Below the pieces are notes generated by a model. The model saw nothing but the letters and a program-made list of their open reading frames with translations, was not told where the DNA came from and made no database searches. A stretch of 64,000 bases of DNA. Origin: Podarcis vaucheri. Its lineage: Eukaryota. The position numbers were made by a program, and so were the translations under genes. Positions 61,496 through 64,000 of this stretch are shown piece by piece (position 1 is the stretch's first letter; each line of letters starts with the position of its first letter). The stretch lies in the NCBI GenBank assembly GCA_965113315.1, contig OZ220365.1; one strand, given 5' to 3'.

Positions 61496-64000
61496 ATGGA
61501 GGTTAGTATGAGGCTTGGGATTGCGACCGTGGAGGGGCGAGGGAGGTATGGCGGTGGGGGCAGATGTTATAGGCGAAGGGGATCGAGATATGGATATGCT
61601 CGTACCCCTTCCAATCTGCGCCCCATCCCGAGAGACGAGGGTAGGGTGAGCAAGGATTACTCACCTCCTTCACTGGTGTTGTGCAATGCCAGGTCTATAG
61701 GCAACAAAACTGCTACCCTGCGAGATTTCTTTATCTCGCAGGGAGTTGACCTGGCTTGTGTGACGGAGACCTGGGTGCGCGAAGGGGTAACTGTTACCTT
61801 ACGAGAGATGGCGCCCCCGGGTTTCTCCGTCCTCCACCAGTCACGGACTGTGGGCCGGGGGGGAGGGGTGGCAGTATTAATCCGGGAAGATTGTTCTTTC
61901 AGGGCTCTACCATCGCCATCGATCCCCGGCATTGAATGTGTTGGCCTAGTGTGGGGCTCCGAGGAGAGCTTGGCTGTCTGGCTGGTGTACCGGCCACCTA
62001 GCGCACCAGCAGCCACCCTGTCAGGCCTGCTGGAGGCGGTGGCCGGCTGGGCCTTGGAGTTCCCTAACCTATTGGTATTGGGAGACTTCAACTTCCACGC
62101 TGATGCCACTCCCTCCTCACAGGCTCTGGACCTGGTGTCTTCCATGGCGACACTAGGGCTCTCCCAGTTTGTTTCGGGCCCCACACATCAAGCAGGCCAC
62201 ACGCTGGATTTGATCTTTGGCGCCGGTATAGATGTGATCATCTCTCCTTCGATGAAGGTGCCATGGTCTGATCACTACGCTCTGAAAGCCAGGATTGACT
62301 TTCCACCCCCACCCTGCTTAGGTGGCGAGCCGATTTGGGCTCGCCCGCGGAGGCTGATGGACCCGGATAGATTCCGTCAAGCCTTGCGGGACCTTGCTCC
62401 CCCTGGCGACTCATTGACTGAGCTTGTTGAGGGCTGGAATACCCAGCTCCTGGCAGCCATCGATGAGATCGCACCTAAGCGCCCTCTGCGACCCCGCAGA
62501 AACCGGGCTCCCTGGTTTACCGAGGAGCTTCGGAAAATGAAGCGGGACCTCAGACGGCTAGAGCGAGTATGGCGGGGTGCCCGTGACGGAGCCTCAAGAA
62601 CATCTTATAGGGTTTTTATGAAAACCTATGAGATGGCAGTGAAGGCTGCTAAGAAGTCTTACTTCTCGGCCTCCATTGCATCCGCTAGCTCTCGCCCGGC
62701 ACAATTATTTAGTATAATTCGGTCTTTAACGTCCCTTGAAGGACAGCCAAATTTAAATAACAATCTGACACACAGCTGTGAGGCATTTGCGAGCTTTTTT
62801 GCGGAGAAGGTCCTGTTGCTCCGCCATGACCTCTCTGCCAATTTGGATACAATAAAGGAACTGGAGGCCCCTCGACTGTCCTCGGGTCCAGTATTGGACC
62901 ACTTTGACCGGATATCTCCAGCTGATGTGGACAGATTCCTCCAAGCTGGAAAGCCCACCACCTGTCCTCTTGACCCGTGCCCGTCATGGCTGATTAGAGC
63001 GTGTCCAGACGAGGTGCGGGGCCCCCTGGGGGATATCATCAATTTGTCCCTTGGCACCGGGATATTCCCAGGGGAACTGAAGGAGGCGGTGGTGCGTCCG
63101 CTCTTAAAGAAAACATCATTAGATCCCTCAGATCTATCCAATTACCGCCTGGTCTCGAATCTTCCATTCCTGGGTAAGGTGATTGAGAGAGCGGTTGCTG
63201 AACAGCTTGGTAGGTTTCTGGATGAAACATCTGCTCTGGACCCATTCCAGTCCGGCTTCCGCGCTGGTCATGGGACCGAGACGGCTCTGGTCGCCCTAAC
63301 AGATGATCTCCGCAGGCAGCTGGATCGAGGCGGGTCAGGGCTGCTGATTCTTCTAGATCTGTCAGCAGCCTTTGACATGGTCGATCACGAACTCCTGGAC
63401 CACCGCCTTGCCGACGTGGGGATCCAGGGCACAGTCCTTCAATGGCTGCGCTCGTTTCTCTCTGGTCGGGGACAGAGGGTGGCGCTTGGGGGGGAATTGT
63501 CATCACGCCACTCCTTGGTGTGTGGAGTGCCTCAGGGTGCGATACTCTCCCCGATGCTTTTTAACATCTTTATGCGCCCCCTCGCCCAGCTTGTCCGGAG
63601 TTTTGGGCTGGGTTGCCATCAGTATGCTGATGACACCCAACTCTATCTGTTGATGGATGGCCATCCTGACTCGGCCCCAGACACACTGACCAGATGTCTG
63701 GAAGCTGTGGCTGGATGGTTACGTGGGAGCCGGTTGAAGTTAAATCCTTCGAAGACAGAGGTCCTCTGGCTGGGGCGGGAAGATATGGGATCAGGGGGGC
63801 AACTCCCATCTCTTGCGGGGGTGCAATTAGTGCCAGCACCGTCCGTTAAGAGTTTGGGTGTAATCTTCGATACCTCCCTCTCTATGGAGTCGCAGATTAC
63901 AGCTATAACAAAGGCGGCATTTTTTCATCTCCGCCAAGCTAAGCAGTTGGCCCCTTATCTCTCTCGTCCTGACCTAGCCACTGTGATCCATGCGACGGTC
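61496..64000 (+). CDS. L2 endonuclease/reverse transcriptase ORF (open to the window end)
   Basis: ATG at 61496 is in frame with LCNARS and YADD (63623). The motifs VTETW, GDFN, SDH and GVPQG lie in between. The ORF track lists no stop-terminated ORF in this frame. Confidence 0.88.
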   Translation, partial: MEVSMRLGIATVEGRGRYGGGGRCYRRRGSRYGYARTPSNLRPIPRDEGRVSKDYSPPSLVLCNARSIGNKTATLRDFFISQGVDLACVTETWVREGVTVTLREMAPPGFSVLHQSRTVGRGGGVAVLIREDCSFRALPSPSIPGIECVGLVWGSEESLAVWLVYRPPSAPAATLSGLLEAVAGWALEFPNLLVLGDFNFHADATPSSQALDLVSSMATLGLSQFVSGPTHQAGHTLDLIFGAGIDVIISPSMKVPWSDHYALKARIDFPPPPCLGGEPIWARPRRLMDPDRFRQALRDLAPPGDSLTELVEGWNTQLLAAIDEIAPKRPLRPRRNRAPWFTEELRKMKRDLRRLERVWRGARDGASRTSYRVFMKTYEMAVKAAKKSYFSASIASASSRPAQLFSIIRSLTSLEGQPNLNNNLTHSCEAFASFFAEKVLLLRHDLSANLDTIKELEAPRLSSGPVLDHFDRISPADVDRFLQAGKPTTCPLDPCPSWLIRACPDEVRGPLGDIINLSLGTGIFPGELKEAVVRPLLKKTSLDPSDLSNYRLVSNLPFLGKVIERAVAEQLGRFLDETSALDPFQSGFRAGHGTETALVALTDDLRRQLDRGGSGLLILLDLSAAFDMVDHELLDHRLADVGIQGTVLQWLRSFLSGRGQRVALGGELSSRHSLVCGVPQGAILSPMLFNIFMRPLAQLVRSFGLGCHQYADDTQLYLLMDGHPDSAPDTLTRCLEAVAGWLRGSRLKLNPSKTEVLWLGREDMGSGGQLPSLAGVQLVPAPSVKSLGVIFDTSLSMESQITAITKAAFFHLRQAKQLAPYLSRPDLATVIHATV

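Larger units (their letters stand above)
60684..64000 (+). mobile_element. Young, apparently 5'-complete L2-clade LINE (continues beyond the window)
   Basis: 5' tandem array, AT-rich leader, then an EN-RT ORF. Confidence 0.85.

Overview
Vertebrate (squamate, most likely lacertid lizard) genomic DNA, not prokaryotic. The window covers the middle of MAP3K5 (ASK1) on the + strand: 22 GT-AG exons at 5626-59041 that splice into one open frame of 2905 nt. They correspond to human exons 4-25 (end of the thioredoxin-binding domain, central regulatory region, complete kinase domain, 14-3-3 site). Exon numbering is by homology to human and recalled from memory. The introns are dense with transposons: a 5'-inverted BovB LINE, CR1, L2 and L1 LINEs, four Sauria SINEs, Tc2-like and Tigger-like MITEs, several hAT elements with 8-bp TSDs, and a solo LTR. 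The main finding is a 1.1-kb hAT element in intron 5 (10611-11727, perfect TSD ATCTACTA). It carries, antisense to ASK1, a captured genomic piece of another gene: promoter-like DNA, exon 1, splice donor and the start of intron 1 of PKD2 (polycystin-2). An internal second hAT right end suggests capture as a composite ('Pack-hAT') transposon. Also notable are a BovB twin-priming inversion with a templated inverted copy of its own junction, and a young L2 with a 5' tandem monomer array.
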